Made by a program: the position numbers and the translations under genes. Under the pieces are notes generated by a model that did not search any database, had not been told where the DNA came from, and saw nothing but the letters and a program-made list of their open reading frames with translations. Positions 62,166 through 64,000 of a stretch of DNA of 64,000 nt are shown here, in pieces. This stretch comes from Heptranchias perlo (taxonomy: Eukaryota). Every line of letters starts with the position of its first letter. Within the stretch, counting starts at the first letter, position 1. The DNA is taken from contig NC_090348.1 of assembly GCF_035084215.1 (NCBI RefSeq), forward strand, positions 14,632,001-14,696,000, written 5' to 3'.

Positions 62166-64000
62166 GTTACCACCCCATTAATGCTGGCGCTCAACTGTGG
62201 CATCTTCGGTATTGCTCTGAGAAGGGCAGTCAAAGTGCGCACCTTTTTCAGGTGGGAGGCCAATTTTAATATGCAAACCATGGCCCTATGATGCATACAG
62301 GACCCCAATTGCAATTTTGAGGTACAAATGGGCACAGCTGATGCTCCACCCATTTGTACAGGTGTTGAGTGGCCTAACCAACGGTCCTTAAAGGGACCGC
62401 TGGAGGCCACCCAAAGAACAGCAGACGATACCGGCCCGTTTACACCAGGCAAAAGCAGGGTTTTTGGAATACAGCAGATACATAACTTCCCAATTGGTGC
62501 TCTTGTGGCTTTCTGTGCTCCGATCAATTACCAGCCAACCAACACAATATGTATCCTTACTGTAGCTGTCTCCAGATACATCCTGTTGTTTTGCCAGCTG
62601 ATGTACCAATATGTGAGATAAAAGCCATCAGGTGCTTTTGCTATTGACTACATCCCTTCTGCAAAAGGGTCAAAAGGTTTATGCAGAAAATGTGTTGATT
62701 TGTGCAGAACATCGGAGAATAGATGAGCTATTCTTCAACTAGGGGCAGTCTGCTGTACATGCTTTCTGTAATTCCTGATTATACTTAGCTGGGGAAGGTG
62801 AAGAACCTGTTACTCCCAAGTGGCCACATATCAGGCAGCATTTCCAACCTTTCTAATTCATTAGAATTGACTGTCACAAAGTGACATGCACAAGGCTTCC
62901 TCTAATCAATGAGCATTGCTACAGGAAAATCCATTAAGAGATACTGAATGACATAATCCCTCTGCTCCATAAAATCATCAGAATGTATCAATTGATCAAT
63001 GTATTAACTCATTTGGAATCTACCAGTAAAGTACTCATTTTTTACTCACGTTATTACTGAACAATAATTGTATTATAGTGCTGTCTATTTGATGTAAGTA
63101 GATTAACAGCAGGAATTTGTCTCATTTGAAATTTCCCAGTCGGTATCACCAAAATCCAGTAAGAAATGTTTATGTTCAGGGTGCATCTGTCAATGTAACC
63201 GGTCAGTGAATTTCATCAATACAAACAGGCTTAGAGTCAAACTTCCATTACAATAAATTCAATCACTACTTCCTGCTGAGCTGCCATTTAAGTCTAGAGT
63301 TCAAACTGGGATTTAAGAAAAAACATTACTGATTAAAGGTCTGTATGTTTAGTTTGGTGAAGGGCCTACACCCAAAATGACAAATCTTCTTTTCCTTTTA
63401 CAGATGCTGGTACGCCTGCTGTGTCTTTTCTACTTTTTTTGCTTTTATTTGAAACAAACTGTCTAACAAATCAAGAAACACTTTTTAAAGCACATTTCCA
63501 TCTTATTTATGCAAAAATCCAGTTCATCTGAACTGTCAGCATACACCAGCAATCGTATCTAATCTGGTAAAATTTCTGTTTGCGTACTCCTGGTGTGTAG
63601 CCTTGTAATGGCTAAAAAAAAATCATGCGCCACGTACATGATTTCCACATTTGTGCTACCAATGGGCGAGGCTTTCCACTGGGAGTGCACATGCTGAAAA
63701 ATTTACCTTAAAATGTAGTGGAGGCTTTGGATATTATAATAACATAAATGTTACGAGGCCAATCATACCCCTTACATATAGCCAGCACATAATTGGAAAA
63801 TTGTGGGCAGAGCGCTCAGGATTTCTTGAGGTTGAAATTCTGCGCGAATTCTCCCAATTGTTCACCATAACTTCGGCGGAAGACCCATGTAAACCCCAGG
63901 CAAATGACAAACATCCATGGTCACAGACTCCTTCCTCCACACTGAGGGGCTTCCCTCACCAGCGTGCCCACACCCCTCCCGCTTTAATATATACCAGGCC

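Overview
Repeat-rich vertebrate genomic DNA, most likely a cartilaginous fish (inferred from the CR1/L2 LINEs, Deu-type tRNA SINEs, Harbinger relics and Penelope element). The core is a head-to-tail tandem triplication (~11,455-46,210; CDS spacing 13.6 and 12.9 kb) of an intact, CDS-intronless Shaker-family potassium channel gene, KCNA1/Kv1.1, on the minus strand (490 aa each). The outer parts of the units are visibly diverged and carry unit-specific transposon insertions, while the CDS and promoter are nearly identical, which points to concerted evolution by gene conversion. The only amino-acid differences seen among copies (L348T and A357G in copy 3) lie in the S5-P turret and pore-helix entry, the surface bound by peptide toxins. 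Copy 2 has a 1.46-kb palindromic Penelope-like (GIY-YIG) insertion with a 14-bp TSD in its predicted exonic 5'UTR. Each arm carries a minimal hammerhead-ribozyme motif and an AATAAA, and one set is in sense with the channel mRNA. The rest of the window is decayed mobile DNA. All comparisons were made by eye and reference residues are recalled, not aligned computationally.
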